The translations under genes and the position numbers were made by a program. A stretch of DNA of 64,000 nucleotides from Macrostomum hystrix (lineage: Eukaryota; Animalia; Platyhelminthes): contig CATNEN010000031.1 of the NCBI GenBank assembly GCA_950097015.1, forward strand, positions 1,736,001 through 1,800,000, given 5' to 3'. Shown here in pieces: positions 37,047 through 49,830 of this stretch. The notes below the pieces were generated by a model. It had not been told where the DNA came from, searched no databases, and saw nothing but the letters and a program-made list of their open reading frames with translations. Within the stretch, counting starts at the first letter, position 1. Each line of letters starts with the position of its first letter.

Positions 37047-40000
37047 CTAAGCATAGAGACATACAAAGCGCAGCTCCAGAGACAGCTCTGACCGCAGGTC
37101 TCGGCCGAGTTCGCTCAGCGCCGGCACCAGAGCCCGGTCGAGCCTCTCCGCGGCTCCCTCGGCTAGCAACGCGGCGCCGCCGCTTGCCGCAGCCTCGTAG
37201 TGAAGACTGTCGGGTCCTAGGCGAGTCCGCACCGCTAGCAGTCGCTGGCCATAGGCCAGGAGCTCCGGCGCGCAGCTGTCTAGAGCTTGACAGACAGCTC
37301 CGGCGATGTGTCCAGCGATGCGCAGACTGTCGGCGGGAGTGCCGTCCGATTGGTCGGCGTCGCGCAGTAGGCTGACCAGTGTCCAACGGATTCGCCGACT
37401 GCCGCCGCCGCCGCAAGACTGGTGCTGACTGCGGACCAGCTGGCCAGCCGCTATCGGCATCGCCTGGCCAGTCAGCGGCAGGCCGTCGATCGGACTAAAC
37501 TCGACATCGTCCCGACGATGCATGTCAATAGCGTCGTCGTCGTCATCGTCTAGCCAACGGAATTCAATCAGGTCTCCGCCGTCTGGGATGCCGGACTCAA
37601 CTAGCTGCTGCTGCTGTTGCTGCTGTTGCTGCTGTTGTTGACAGACCGCGGACCAATTTCGCATGGCCTTCAATGCTTCCAACAGCTGCGCCAGCTGGGC
37701 GTCGGTCAGCTGCACCATGACGCCATCCTCGACGATGCTGGCCCGACTAGCCACGAAGCCACCGGCGTTGAACACAACGAATAGCGCAGCCGTGGAGGCC
37801 ATCTGGCGGCTGTCAATGCTGACGGCCTGAGTCCCGTAGTCGCCTGCGGTGGCGTAAATTGAAGTACAATTAAACCCGATTTCATGCTAGTAAAACTTAT
37901 CGGAGTGTGAGGCCTGGAATTGGGACTAGAACTAAGAGCATGATCTAACAGGATCCGAATCGCACCAGAGCCAGCCCTGTATCCCAGGAACGCACCAGTC
38001 TCCATGTTCTGATGGCAGACCAGGTGCGCATCGGCTGTTGGACTGAACTCGGCTCCGAACGCCAGAACCTTGGCGTCTGGCTGACACTGGGCCAACGCTT
38101 TCTGCACCGCAGCGTAGGAGGCAGTCGGGCACAGCACCGAGGTGCAGCCGGCGCGCAGATGTACCCGCATGCCCGACGGTGCTGGCAGGGTGTAGGTGAA
38201 GTTGCGAAAGTCCGCCAGCAGGCCAATGAGGGAGCGGCCAAGCTCGCCGAATACCGGGGCCCGATCGCGCACGGAGACCAGAGGCGAAGGGTAGAGGCGA
38301 CTCTCGGCACCGAGGCGAAGCAGCAGGCGCTGAGGGAACAGCTCCGCCCAGGGCGCCTCCCATCTGAGATCGCAGGCGGAGAGGGAGGCAGTGAGACAGG
38401 GCACTTACGACAGTAGGTTTTGAATTCAGAAAGTAATGATGACAGTGAGTCATGACGGCTGTGAGTCATGACGGCTGTGAGTCAAGATGGCAGTGGGTCA
38501 TGATGACAGTGGGTCATGATGGCAGTGGGTCATGACGGCAGTGAGTCATGATGGCAGTGGGTCATGATGACAGTGGGTCATGATGACAGTGGGTCATGAC
38601 GGCAGTGAGTCATGATGGCAGTGGGTCATGATGACAGTGGGTCATGATGACAGTGGGTCATGACGGCAGTGAGTCATGATGGTAGTAGGTCATGATGGCA
38701 GTGGGTCATGATGGCAGTGGGTCATGACGGCTGTTAGTCATGATGGCAGTGGGTCATGATGACAGTGGTTCATGATGGCAGTGGGTCATGATGACAGTGA
38801 GTCATGATGGCAGTAGGTCATGATGACAGTGGGTCATGACGGCAGTGAGTCATGATGGCAGTAGGTCATGATGGCAGTGGGTCATGATGACAGTGGCTCA
38901 TGATGACAGTGAGTCATGATGGCAGTGGGTCATGATGACAGTGGCTCATGATGACAGTGAGTCATGATGGCAGTGGGTCATGATGACAGTGGGTCATGAT
39001 GACAGTGGGTCACAATGAGAGTGGGTTATGATGTGAAGTCGTGATGAGTGATTAACTATGATCTTGACTCTAAGATTCAAACCTGAGTACAAGCAGGCCG
39101 CAAAGCAGTTTCCTGCAGATTGTGTTCGCATCCAGGCCCAAATTCTGCAGGCAGTGCAACCTACTGGGCCGGAAGAAGAGCAAGCCGGCGTTGTTTTTGT
39201 CGCCTAGCAACGGCTTACTGGCGTGCCAGCCAACGAAGGACAGGTGACGCGCCCATGTGCCGGAGTAGGCGCGCTCGTAGACCAGGTAAACCAGGTGCAA
39301 CAGGTGCAGCGGAGGAAGCGGCGATTCTTCAGATTCAAAGCCTGTCTCAGGAGACGGCGGGCGTCGGCTCAGCAGCAGCAGCAGGTCGGCTTGACCAACC
39401 GAGTCAAGGCCGCGAGTCATTAGCAACCAGACTAATCGGTGGCCGCAGCAGGGCAGGCTAATCAGGCTGCACTGAACCGAGATGTTCTTCGTTATCAGGT
39501 AGGTCACCTGTTTGGATTGCAGTTGCAGTTGCGTTACAAATCGCATTTACAAGTGCGGCTGTACTATCAGAAAACTAATTAATGAACCCCGTTAGGTTCC
39601 AACGTCGACACTTAGCAAACTTGTGGGAGCAATATCGGCCCGGTTCTTATAAGATTTTAACAGTCGAACCAAAATATTCACGTTTTTTCTCTCAAACTTT
39701 CGCCCGTTTTTAGGTTGATGATTTAGTGTTGAAGATGTGCTTTTTGGTGCAATTTCAAAGACGATTAGTGATTTGTGAAACTGTGATTTTTTTAACTAAA
39801 AAAATGTTTTAAGTCAATTTGCTAATATCATAGTTCACATCTTATTGTAAGTAAAAACAAGATGTACTCGTACATAATGTTGATCAATTACAAAAGTTCT
39901 TGCGCCCCCAATATATATAGAAATAGTTGCTGGTAGACAATATGTTCCTTTTTACTATAACCCATTCTAGTAGCACACAAAAAACTAATTCAAGTCCCTA

Positions 40001-43000
40001 GTACATAGTGGTACTCGAATTTTAGTGCAAAGTATTTGTCTGCGGACACTGCGCGAGCTAGCCCGCTTCTGTGGGCATTAGTATGCGGTCTGGGCCCTTG
40101 CAGTTGTGTCCAATGGTCCTTGGCAACCTTCTTGCGGACACTACGAGCCGGACTATTACCCGCATCTGCTACTGTTGAGCTCCGACATTTTCTGGCTCTG
40201 CTTGCTTGAAGGCGCGTTGCTTGTGGAAGTTCCGCGTGCGCAGACTGAACAGTTTCAGCCTTTGAATGCTAGATGCTGAAGAATGTACACTTTTGCATCC
40301 TTACTGCACCCTCCAGGTGCCTAACCACGCTGCACTAGTTACGGGCCCTCGCATACAATTCAGACTCAGTGTGTGCGCATATGACCGCTCTTCCCAGTGA
40401 ACTAATTCTACACTGAAGTCGGTGCAGAAAACAGCATACTGCTTCGTAGCTACTCGAGGCCAGAAAGCAACCGATTTTATTTCCAGCCGCGTAGTAGCCA
40501 TCGAAGCGTTGCAATGGCACACATCATTTCGTGACACTAGACCCGCAGCCAGCGAGGAGGCAATTCCGCCCCATTTCGCCGACTCCTGAGCACACGCGCA
40601 CACAGATACAGTATGCAGGCACGCTCACACAGGTGTGTACATCTGCCCTGACTTTCTCATCGTCAGGCAGTGTACACTTTCACTGTGCCTTGGAGGTTGG
40701 CCCTCGAGGGCGTAAATTGCACGACAAGCCCCCAAGCCTTCTCTCCGCGGCTGCGCCCCAAATAAATGTGGCCTCGCCGTGGAATCGAACTTAGGGACCG
40801 GGGTGCGAGAGGCAAACGCGTGAACCGCTCTGCCACCGACCCCTTACGTGGATGGGTTAGGGCAGAAATTTGTTTGGCTCTGAGATATAAGGAAATGAAA
40901 ATATGACGACAGGGACGAATATTGACAGAAAAAATGACCCGAATTTGGAAAATGACGGCATGACACAGACAAGAAAATAATCAGTTTCGCATTTGTTGAC
41001 AGTTGTAAAAAATTGATGTTCGTTTTTCCACCTGCAAAAATATATACTTTAATGGTCGCCGGCTTCAAAACTGACTGGCGGGTTTAATTTAATGTCACAT
41101 GGTGCTTTTTAAAGCATTTTTGGAAAATTCATGGTTTTGTTTCTTGTTTCATTTTATTCACAAAAGTTAGTTTCTTATGAAAAAATGACTGTCACGTGCA
41201 AATTTGACATGGTCACTTTGGCGCAGTCACAATTGATTATTGAGATTTACTTAACTTATGATAAGTCGTATGATAAAAATTACTAGAAAATGTCTACCGA
41301 GAACAAATGTGACAGCGTAATGATCATTTCAGCTGCGTCACGGCTTACACTTTGCGTCACAACCAAAAACTTTCCCTTTACTCGTAGGAATACAGTGCGT
41401 CACACTCAACGTCACTTTTTTCACAATGCGTCATGTCATTTTTGCGTAATCCGTCATCACTGAACCCCCAACAAGTACTTAGTACGAGGATGAATGTCTG
41501 AGTTGTCGTGCGCTAGATTTCGACTTTAATAAATAAATTGACTGGAGTCCATTGACGCTAGTTTAACTTTAAACAATGGGAATGGCTAGGAACAGATTCC
41601 AATTACAAGCCAATGCAACTCATACAGCCAATTGACTCACCTGCTTGCCGCTTCGCAGAGCAGCCTCCGGTGTCAAGCACGCTGCAGCTCCCGCAGCATC
41701 TTCAGTCGGCAGCGGCTCGTGCGGGGGATAGCTAGACCAATCGGCCGGCAGCAAACTCGATTCCGGCAGCGGCGCCGAGGCCCCAGACGATGGCAACGCA
41801 GATGCGGATGAGTGCCGCGAGGCCGATGCCGACCCGACGACGTCGCTATCGTCGGCATAAGCGCCGGTGACGTCACGAATGGCGCCAATTGACTCTTCTA
41901 GAAGATCGCCGCCCGGACGGATACCGTCGCTGAATACAACGGAACGACTGCGGCCAGCTGTAAAGGGTGAGTGGGTCAGTTTTTTATCGATTTTTGACGG
42001 ACAGACTGAGATTTATTTTGAGGGTATGGGAGAGTCGAGTACCTTGCGACCGTCTGGACTTCAGCACACTAACAGGCGGCTGCTGGCTGACAGGCTTAGC
42101 GGCAGGGTTCGACTCCAGCCTGATCAGCTCCTGGTAGCAGACAGCGCAAACCCGCGCCTTGGCATCTTCCAAGAAGCCTAGCTTCGCTGAGTAGGCGGCG
42201 CAGCCGGCGCAGAACACGCGGCCGCATGCGCGGCAATGATGCCGCCGGCGCAGGACGGTGAATTTAACGTCGCACTGCATGCAGACCGGGGCCTCACTGT
42301 CCGGTATCCAAGGCGGCTTTACAGTTCCCAGAGGCTGCAGCTCCGTATCAAAGTCCTGCTCCATAGTAGCAGCATTATCAGCGCCGACCTCATCGTCTGG
42401 CACATTAAATGCCTCCGCTTCCATCAGCTGCGGAGGCTGCGGAGGAGGACTCGGTGGGGCGGGCACTCCGCCACCGGTTGCGCCCAGGCTGGCTGGCTGT
42501 TGCCGCTCTTCCTGCAGGCTGTACATCGGATTCAATTCGCTACCGTTGCCAACGACGCCAGAGCCAAGGCAGCCAACGCCGGACACAGGCAGAGCAGACT
42601 GACTGCTAGCTGGCATCTGATTGAACATTGGATTGAATCCGTCGCTGCCAATACCAACAATGTCTGAAGGATTTACTAACTCTTGCTCGAAATTAGAAAG
42701 AGATGGATTGCTAGGCGCCCCCGTTCCAGTTGCTAAACTCATCGAATTAGTTGACTCGTTTAAGCCCCAGTCCTGAGCTGGCCAAGCTGACCACCGCGAC
42801 TCAGGCTGTTGTCGAGTAGGAAGAGGTGGAGGCGGCGGCGGTTGAGCCTCCTGCTCCATGAGCAGTTCCAGGTCGGCTTCGGTGATCTCCGGCAAGCTTT
42901 CAGCCAGGTCGGCAAATCGAATTGTAGACATCAAAGAAGCTGGCTGCGCATCAACGATGCGTTGATTGGCAAAGCTCTGATTGGCTGAACTTGAAGCCCT

Positions 43001-45215
43001 GTTAAATACAGCAGCTGTGCTCACTTGCCCATTGAGATTGCCACCTGCATGTGTTAAATCGGCTACATTTGTGGTATCGACAGACGATCTAACAAGAGTT
43101 GCGACAATAGAAGTACCGGTCAACTCATTTTGCGGTGCAGCCAAAGCGGTACTGCTTGAAGCAATGGCTGTTGTTGCGACTGCGGTAGTTGTGTCACAGG
43201 TGCTGGCTGATTGTATGACCTCGAGTATACGATAATTAGCACTGGTTATTGGTTCTACAGGAACATTGACGTTAGGATTGGCTAATTGTGCCACAGACAC
43301 AGCAACATTGCGATTAGCCTCGATAGGGCTGGCTGTTTTTAGTACCACTGGAGCATAGTCATTAGTACTAGTTGTTGGAGCTGCAACCACAGAAGCATTG
43401 TCCTTGGCACTGGTTCGTTGTTCTGCAACTACAACAATGTTTTCGCTAGCACTGATTATTGGTGCTGCAAACATGGGAGCATTCTCGTCAGCACTGGTTG
43501 TTGGTGCTGTTACCATAGGAGCATTCTCGTCAGCACTGGTTGTTGGTGCTGTTACCATAGGAGCATGCTCGTCAGCACTGGTTGTTGGTGCTGTTAACAT
43601 GGGAGCATGCTCGTCAGCACTGGTTGTTGGTGCTGCAACCATGGGAGCATGCTCGTCAGCACTGGTTGTTGGTGCTGCAACCATGGGAGCATGCTCGTCA
43701 GCACTGGTTGTTGGTGCTGTTACCATAGGAGCACGCTCGTCAGCACTGGTTGTTGGTGCTGTTACCATAGGAGCATGCTCGTCAGCACTGGTTGTTGGTG
43801 CTGCAACCATGGGAGCATTCTCGTCAGCACTGGTTGTTGGTGCTGCAACCATGGGAGCATGCTCGTCAGCACTGGTTGTTGGTGCTGCAACCATGGGAGC
43901 ATGCTCGTCAGCACTGGTTGCTGGTGCTGCAACCATGGGAGCATTCTCGTCAGCACAGGTTGTTGGTGCTGCAACCATGGGAGCATTCCCGTCAGCACTG
44001 GTTGTTGGTCCTACTAGCACAGGAAAACTGTCGTCAGCACTGGTTGTTGGTGCTACTAACACATGAGAACTGTCGTTAGCACTGGCTGTTGGTGCTACTA
44101 ACACAGAACTGTCGTCAGCACTGGCTGTTGGTGCTACTACCACATGAGAACTGTCGTTACCACTGGTTGTTGGTTTTTCTACCACAGGAAAACTATTAAT
44201 TGTTAGTGCTACTACCACAGGAAAACTGTCGTCAGCACTGGTTGTTGGTGCTGCAACCGCAGTACCACTATCAAAGGTACTGCTGGGGGGTGCTTCCACG
44301 GAAGCATTGTCAGCAGAACTAATTACTGTTGCCAAATAATAAGAGCTGGCACCCTTTTCCGCGTTGATCTCTAATGCAGGCGCAGAAGTTTGCGCAGGTG
44401 CAGCGTCACTAGCACTGGTCGATCCGGGTATAGCGCTAAGTGTAGTGACTGGATCACTGTCAGAATTATGCACTGTGGCCAATACAGTCTGAGCACAACT
44501 CAATGGCTGGTTAGTTTCATTGTCAGCGTTTGTTCGTTGTCCGGCATCGCCGCTCAGTGATGCTAAAATATCAAAAAGGTTTATTTCTTGCGTTGTGAAG
44601 TGAAAACCGTTTGATCCGTTGATTAAAGATACTAAGGCTTCCAAACGCTAAGCGCAATTCTGCCGCACTCTATCTCCTTTGTTTATGACTTAGCACACCC
44701 TAAAGACACAAAGCTCGCAGCAAAGAATGAAAAAAACGGCCGACGGGAAGCCATATCTAAAACAATTCATAAATACATTTTACAGCTTGTCAATAAATAC
44801 GCCATGCAGACTGTCGATACGATTAAAGTTACGCTTGATGATTTTTTGCGTCATGTTATGCCATCCAACCCAGCATGACGAATGGGTAAAATGGTATTTT
44901 CACCTGCACTAAAAAAGCTAATTATAAATGACAATTATTGTGCATAAAATTACCTGGCGAAGGAGTCTGTTTAAGATCGGTATCATTTGAGTCAGTTTTG
45001 AATTCACTATCAGATAGCATGACTTCGACAGCAACATTGCTGATAGTGTGGGAGCCGCCATTGCCGTCACCATTGGTACTTCCAGATGTGCTGGTTGAGT
45101 CTGGCGATTTCAAATTGCTTGCAGCAACTGTTGTCACTGGACGCTGATTAGCAATGTCAAGCTCAGCTTCAAGCTGGTCCAGTGCTGCATCCAAATCTAT
45201 AGTAAATGCAGCCAT
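37047..45215 (-). CDS. ZFYVE9: SARA/endofin (ZFYVE9/ZFYVE16)-family FYVE-domain protein, ~1,560 aa
   Basis: Exons complement(44954-45215, 42043-44562, 41641-41957, 39083-39507, 37996-38363, 37047-37843), phases consistent. N-terminal DLDAALDQLE; FYVE (WIPDSEAPVCMQC…RRRHHCRACGRVFC…RVCAVC); VVFSDGIRPGGDL; WEAPWAELFPQRLLLRLGAE; ADAHLVCHQN; SIVEDGVMVQ; SPIDG in the C-terminal DUF3480-type region. Confidence 0.9.
38443..39035. repeat. Intronic minisatellite, 16-bp unit gtgggtcatgatggca (SARA intron)
   Basis: Directly visible. Confidence 0.95.
40520..40845 (-). mobile_element. SINE family A copy in SARA intron
   Basis: Reverse complement of family A including an exact GTTCGATTCC B box. Confidence 0.8.
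43460..44270 (-). repeat. Coding tandem repeat, 42 bp / 14 aa (xAPMVAAPTTSADE) within SARA exon 2
   Basis: 13 conserved units plus ~8 degenerate flanking units, in frame in ORF 41984-44644. Confidence 0.9.
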
Positions 45216-45424
45216 GCTTGTGGCTACTGAAAATAAGTCACTATAGCTGTAACATAGACTAATTAAAGCTACATCTAATAAGTCATGTGGCTAGAATAGA
45301 TATTAAAACTAACTATATGGCATTCACAAATATATTTTAATTAATAAAGTGTACCAATTTTATTAATTTTCTAGCACATTATTCGCATCTTAGTTATAAT
45401 ATACCCTTAATTTTGCTATATTTT

Positions 45425-48400
45425 TAGTGAACAATAAGGCAAAACAGAAAGCGACAAAATATTCCGTCATGGGCCCGGAGATACCCAGATGGATCCTTTT
45501 TCCAGATGGGGGCTCTGAAGCTCAAAATGCGCCGAGGGAAGGGCGCCCCTTCCGGGGCTGCTGCCGAGGGAAGGAAGGAAACTGGTAAAACTGCATCCAA
45601 CCAACCGAAGCAGAAGACCACCAAGGCCTGCCAAGACAGCTCCAGTGGTGGCAAGAGGAAGCCAAAGTCCAAAGGGCAGGCGAAATCCGGCCCCAAGGGA
45701 ACTGGCACACCTAGCCAACCAACGGGCAACAACTCGGCAACCGAGGCATCGGCATCGGCTGATCCTCGGACGTCAAGCGGGCCGCCCCCTGGAGCAGGAG
45801 CGGGAGCGGAAGCCGACGCATCGGACTCGGAACTCTCTTCGGTGACTCTGACGGGGGCCCCGGACAGCGACGTGGAGGCGGAGGAAACCTCCTCTACTCT
45901 GACGTCGGGGTCCGGGGTCTGGGGCGCCTGAAGGAGGCGCTGAGGGGAGCGAAGAGGGGATGGACGTCGACAACCTCCCCTCTCCCAGTTCACCTCCGGA
46001 CACCTGGGACGAAGACGCGCTCTTGTCCAAGTCCCCTTAAGTTGTCCTAGAGGTCAAGCCAGACTCTGCATTTAATACAGTATGACTGCTCCATCAACAA
46101 AAGGAGCCACTTACTGCCTACAAATTAATCTACAGCACTGTATATCAGCATCAACAAATTTGATGAAGATCGCGGAGCTGTATAAGCCTGGTATCATCCT
46201 GCTTCAGGAACCCTGGCTTTGCAACGGTAAGTTGCCAAATATCCCTTACGGCTACTCTGATTTCTATGTGTGTGGCCCGGGAACAAACCGCCCTCGAGTG
46301 GCTATCCTCGCTGCCAATCACCTCAAGGCTTGGCTGAGGACCGACCTTTCAGATGGAGATCTCTGTGTCATCCAATCTGACTCTCTCCATGCACGGAGAT
46401 GCTTCATCGCCTCGATCTATATCCCGGGTGATGGAGATCCTGCTCCGGAGAGCTTGTTACGCCTGGCGCAGTACTGCGAAGCCCAGAAAGCTGAGCTGAT
46501 CGTGGGGGTGACCTCAACGCCCACCACAAGCACTGGGCAGTAATAATACCAATGCTAGAGGAGAGGAGCTTCTCGCTCTTCTATCCAGAACGAATCTCAT
46601 GCTCTGCAACCGCAGCAGCACTCCAACTTTCAACGATGGCAGATGGAATGAGGTTCTCGACGCGACCATGGCCACCCACCGGCTATTCAATAGCATCGAG
46701 GGGTGGAGGGTCTGGCTCGATGAACCATCCTTGTCTGACCACAGCTTCGTAGCTTTCAATATTGCGGGCGTTAATCAGCGATCCCCAATCACTTGGAGAC
46801 GCAACATCCGTAACACTGACTGGACGGCCTACACAGCTATCCTAGAGTCTCACCTGCAGGAGCTCATGGAGGAAACTCCTATGATCAACTGCGAGGAAGT
46901 GGACCGCGCGGCGGAAAAGCTTACAGGCTGCATTACTGTTGCCTACGAAGCTGCCTGCCCTGTCCGTGCCTACAAAGGCAAATCCTCAGCGCCGTGGTGG
47001 AACCCGGAGTTGGGGAAACTCCGACACAGGGCAAAAACCCTGCATCGTCATGCCATGAAATCTGGTAAGCCGGAGGACATGGAAAGCTTCCGCTCGGCCT
47101 CGAGGGACTTCAAACTCGAGATTCGAAAGGCCAAGGAAAGTAAGTGGAGATAATTCTGCGATGAATTCGACAAAGACAAGCTTACCTCTAGGCTTGTCAA
47201 AGCGCTTACTATGGACAAGATGTCCAAGCTAGCCATGATCAAGAATGATGGCTCTCACCAAAGAACCGCAGGAAGTACTCCAACGCATGCTAGGCAGTTT
47301 CTTCCCACCGGTTCCCACAGCCAACATGGAGCCGAACCACTCGCTGGAAGGCGACATCCTGGCGACAAGCATCATCAATGAAGACCTAATTGCTCGTGCC
47401 GTTACGACCTTCAAACATTTCAAGTCTCCGGGACCTGATGGCATCTACCCAATCCTCCTTCGCGAGGCGGCGAAGATCCAGAAGTTCCGGAGTATTACCT
47501 GCAACCTCATGCGGGCATCGATCCGGCTAGGGTTTGTGCCCAGCTGCTGGACTAATGCTCGGGTGGTCTTCATAACCAAGCCAGGGAAGGGAGACTACCA
47601 GAGCGTTAAGGCCTTCAGGCCGATCAGCTTAGCTTCCTTCCTGCTCAAGCTAATGGAAAGGCTGGTGCACTGGCGGCTACTATCCTGTGAGCTGACTGCA
47701 ACACCTCTCAGCGACAATCAGCATGCCTTCCGTACTGGGAGGTCGACTGAGAGCGCCCTACATGCGATCGTGGAGATCATCGAGTAGGCTGTGCTGGGTG
47801 ACGGCTATGCCCTTGCTCTTTTTCTCGACATCGAGGGGGCCTTCGACAATGTCCTGTTCCAGGCGTTTGAGAAGATCCTCCGGGATCGTAAAGCTTACGC
47901 GTGTCTTATCCGTTGGATTATGTACATGATCTCGAACCGAACAGTTACTGCTCATCTGCTTGGGCAGACTGCCACTACCAGGGTTTGTAAAGGCGGCCCC
48001 CAAGGGGGAGTCCTTACTCCCACTCTCTGGAAAATGGTCATCGACTCTCTCCTGAGCAGTTCCAGACCTGACCCCGTACAAAAAATCGGGTATGCCGACG
48101 AGGTCACTGCCATTGTTGCGGGACCGTCGCCTAGCACGCTCAGTGATCTTATGCAAGCGTTTCTCCGCAAAGCTGAGACCTGGGCCGAGGACAACGGCTT
48201 AAGGCTTTCAGAGCCTAAAACTGTTGCCATTATGTTTACCAGTAAGATCCGGTGGAACATAAAGCCTCTGCAACTCTATGGCAAGGACATCACCTTCGCT
48301 CAAAAGACCAGGTGTCTTGGGGTCATGCTCGACCACAGACTCAACTGGTCTTTCCACGTGAAGGCCAAAGCACAACATGCTTCTGCGATCCTAGCGCAGC

Positions 48401-49830
48401 GCAGGTTTATCCCCAAAGCGTCTTTGGTGGATCCATACCTCTATGGTGAGACCCGCCATCACCTACGCCTCCTTGATCTGGGTCAGCGCTACCCAGGTCA
48501 AGAGTCATGCTGATCTGCTCAACAAGGTCCAGGGAAGGGCATGTCGACTGATCTGCAACGCCACCAGATCAACACCCTTTGCTGGTATGGCAGCCTTCTT
48601 GGATCTTCCACCTCTGGACATCTTTATCAGAGGCGAAGCTGCCAAACGGCTAGGCGTCTACTTGATGCGAGCGTCAAGTTCAAGTTTATGAGAGCATTCG
48701 CTAAGAGGAAAATTATCCCTCAGCGATCTTTGCCTCAAAATCCTCAACGAGTGCGATGCCCATCATGTCCTCACGGATAACATCGCCTCGAGACCCAACG
48801 CGAGACAAGGCTACGACGTAGTCATCGATCCACGTGACGAAATCAATGACAGCCGGAACCGCGGTGAGCTTCATTGCTACACTGATGGATCCAAACAGTC
48901 AAAGAACACCGGTTTCGGTGTCTGCATCTTTCACAATGGGCAGCTGGTTGCAACCCACGCCCAACACACTGGCGTCAACTCCAGTGTCTTCCAGAATGAG
49001 GTCCTTGCCATCAGCTCCTGCTCTGCAGAGCTGCTCGCTACTGGCGTGAAAGGTAGGATATCATCTTCCACTCTGACAGTCAGGCAGCACTGTATGCCAT
49101 CCGCAGTCGCTGCATTGGCTCGGCAACGGTCCTCGACTGTATCAAGCATCTCAACATGTTGGCCTCCACCAACAAGGTCACCCTTAAATGGGTGTCCGGA
49201 CACGAGGGATTTCAGGGCAACGAGCTGGCTGACGTTCTAGCGAAAGCTGGCGCCGCTGGATCCTCCTGGGGACCCGAACCTCTGGTTCCGGTTCCAAACT
49301 GTGTCATCAACTCAGGCATCAAAGCGTGGGTGAAACTACAGCACTACTCGCTCTGGGCGTACTGCAACAACTGCAGGCAGTCTAGAAAGGCTGTTCCGCA
49401 GCCCTTCCGCAAACTCTGGAACCTCCTGCGACTCCCGCAGGGTAATGTTGCCAACGCTACCTGTAGTTTTTGCAACTCAGATGACGAAACCGCTGAAAAT
49501 TTTGTCAGCATCTGCCCCGCCTTCATGCAGGACACCTATCTCGGGCCACACACTTCCATCCAGGAAGCATGTAAACCCGAAAACTTCAATCAGCTCATGC
49601 GCTACCTTCAGGCCACCCGCAGAGCTGAACTCCCTCTTCCAGGGAGCAACGTGGCTGCAGAGAGCGACTTCGAGGGACCTCCCTAGGCAACGCCAACACC
49701 TCGTCCGTGACGGTGCATCGGTCGTTCAGGGACTAGCAGAATGGGCGGCATCGCCTTCTTACTGTGTCCCTCTACGGGACCACCCTGCAGCTAAGTCAAG
49801 TAAGTCATTGACTTATTATATACAACTCAA
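45425..49830 (+). mobile_element. Decayed non-LTR retrotransposon with APE endonuclease, RT, RNase H and C-terminal Cys motif (I-group, R1/LOA-like)
   Basis: CLQINLQH and LLQEPW (APE); GPDGI, FRPISL, QHAFRTGRST, FLDIEGAFD, GGPQGGVLTP, GYADE (RT); YTDGS and WVSGHEGFQGNELADVLAK (RNase H); CSFCNSDDETAEN. Several frameshifts and stops (e.g. ~46510, 47151, 47785). A short ORF1-like frame lies at 45506-45931. Ends approximate; clade assignment is tentative. Confidence 0.9.

Noticed and set aside
40020-40515. GC-elevated stretch with WD40-like words (AFWP…HWEE…GPVTSAAW) in a SARA intron
   Set aside because: Short frames with stops and no splice sites linking them; SARA exons join cleanly across it. 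Probably a TE relic.
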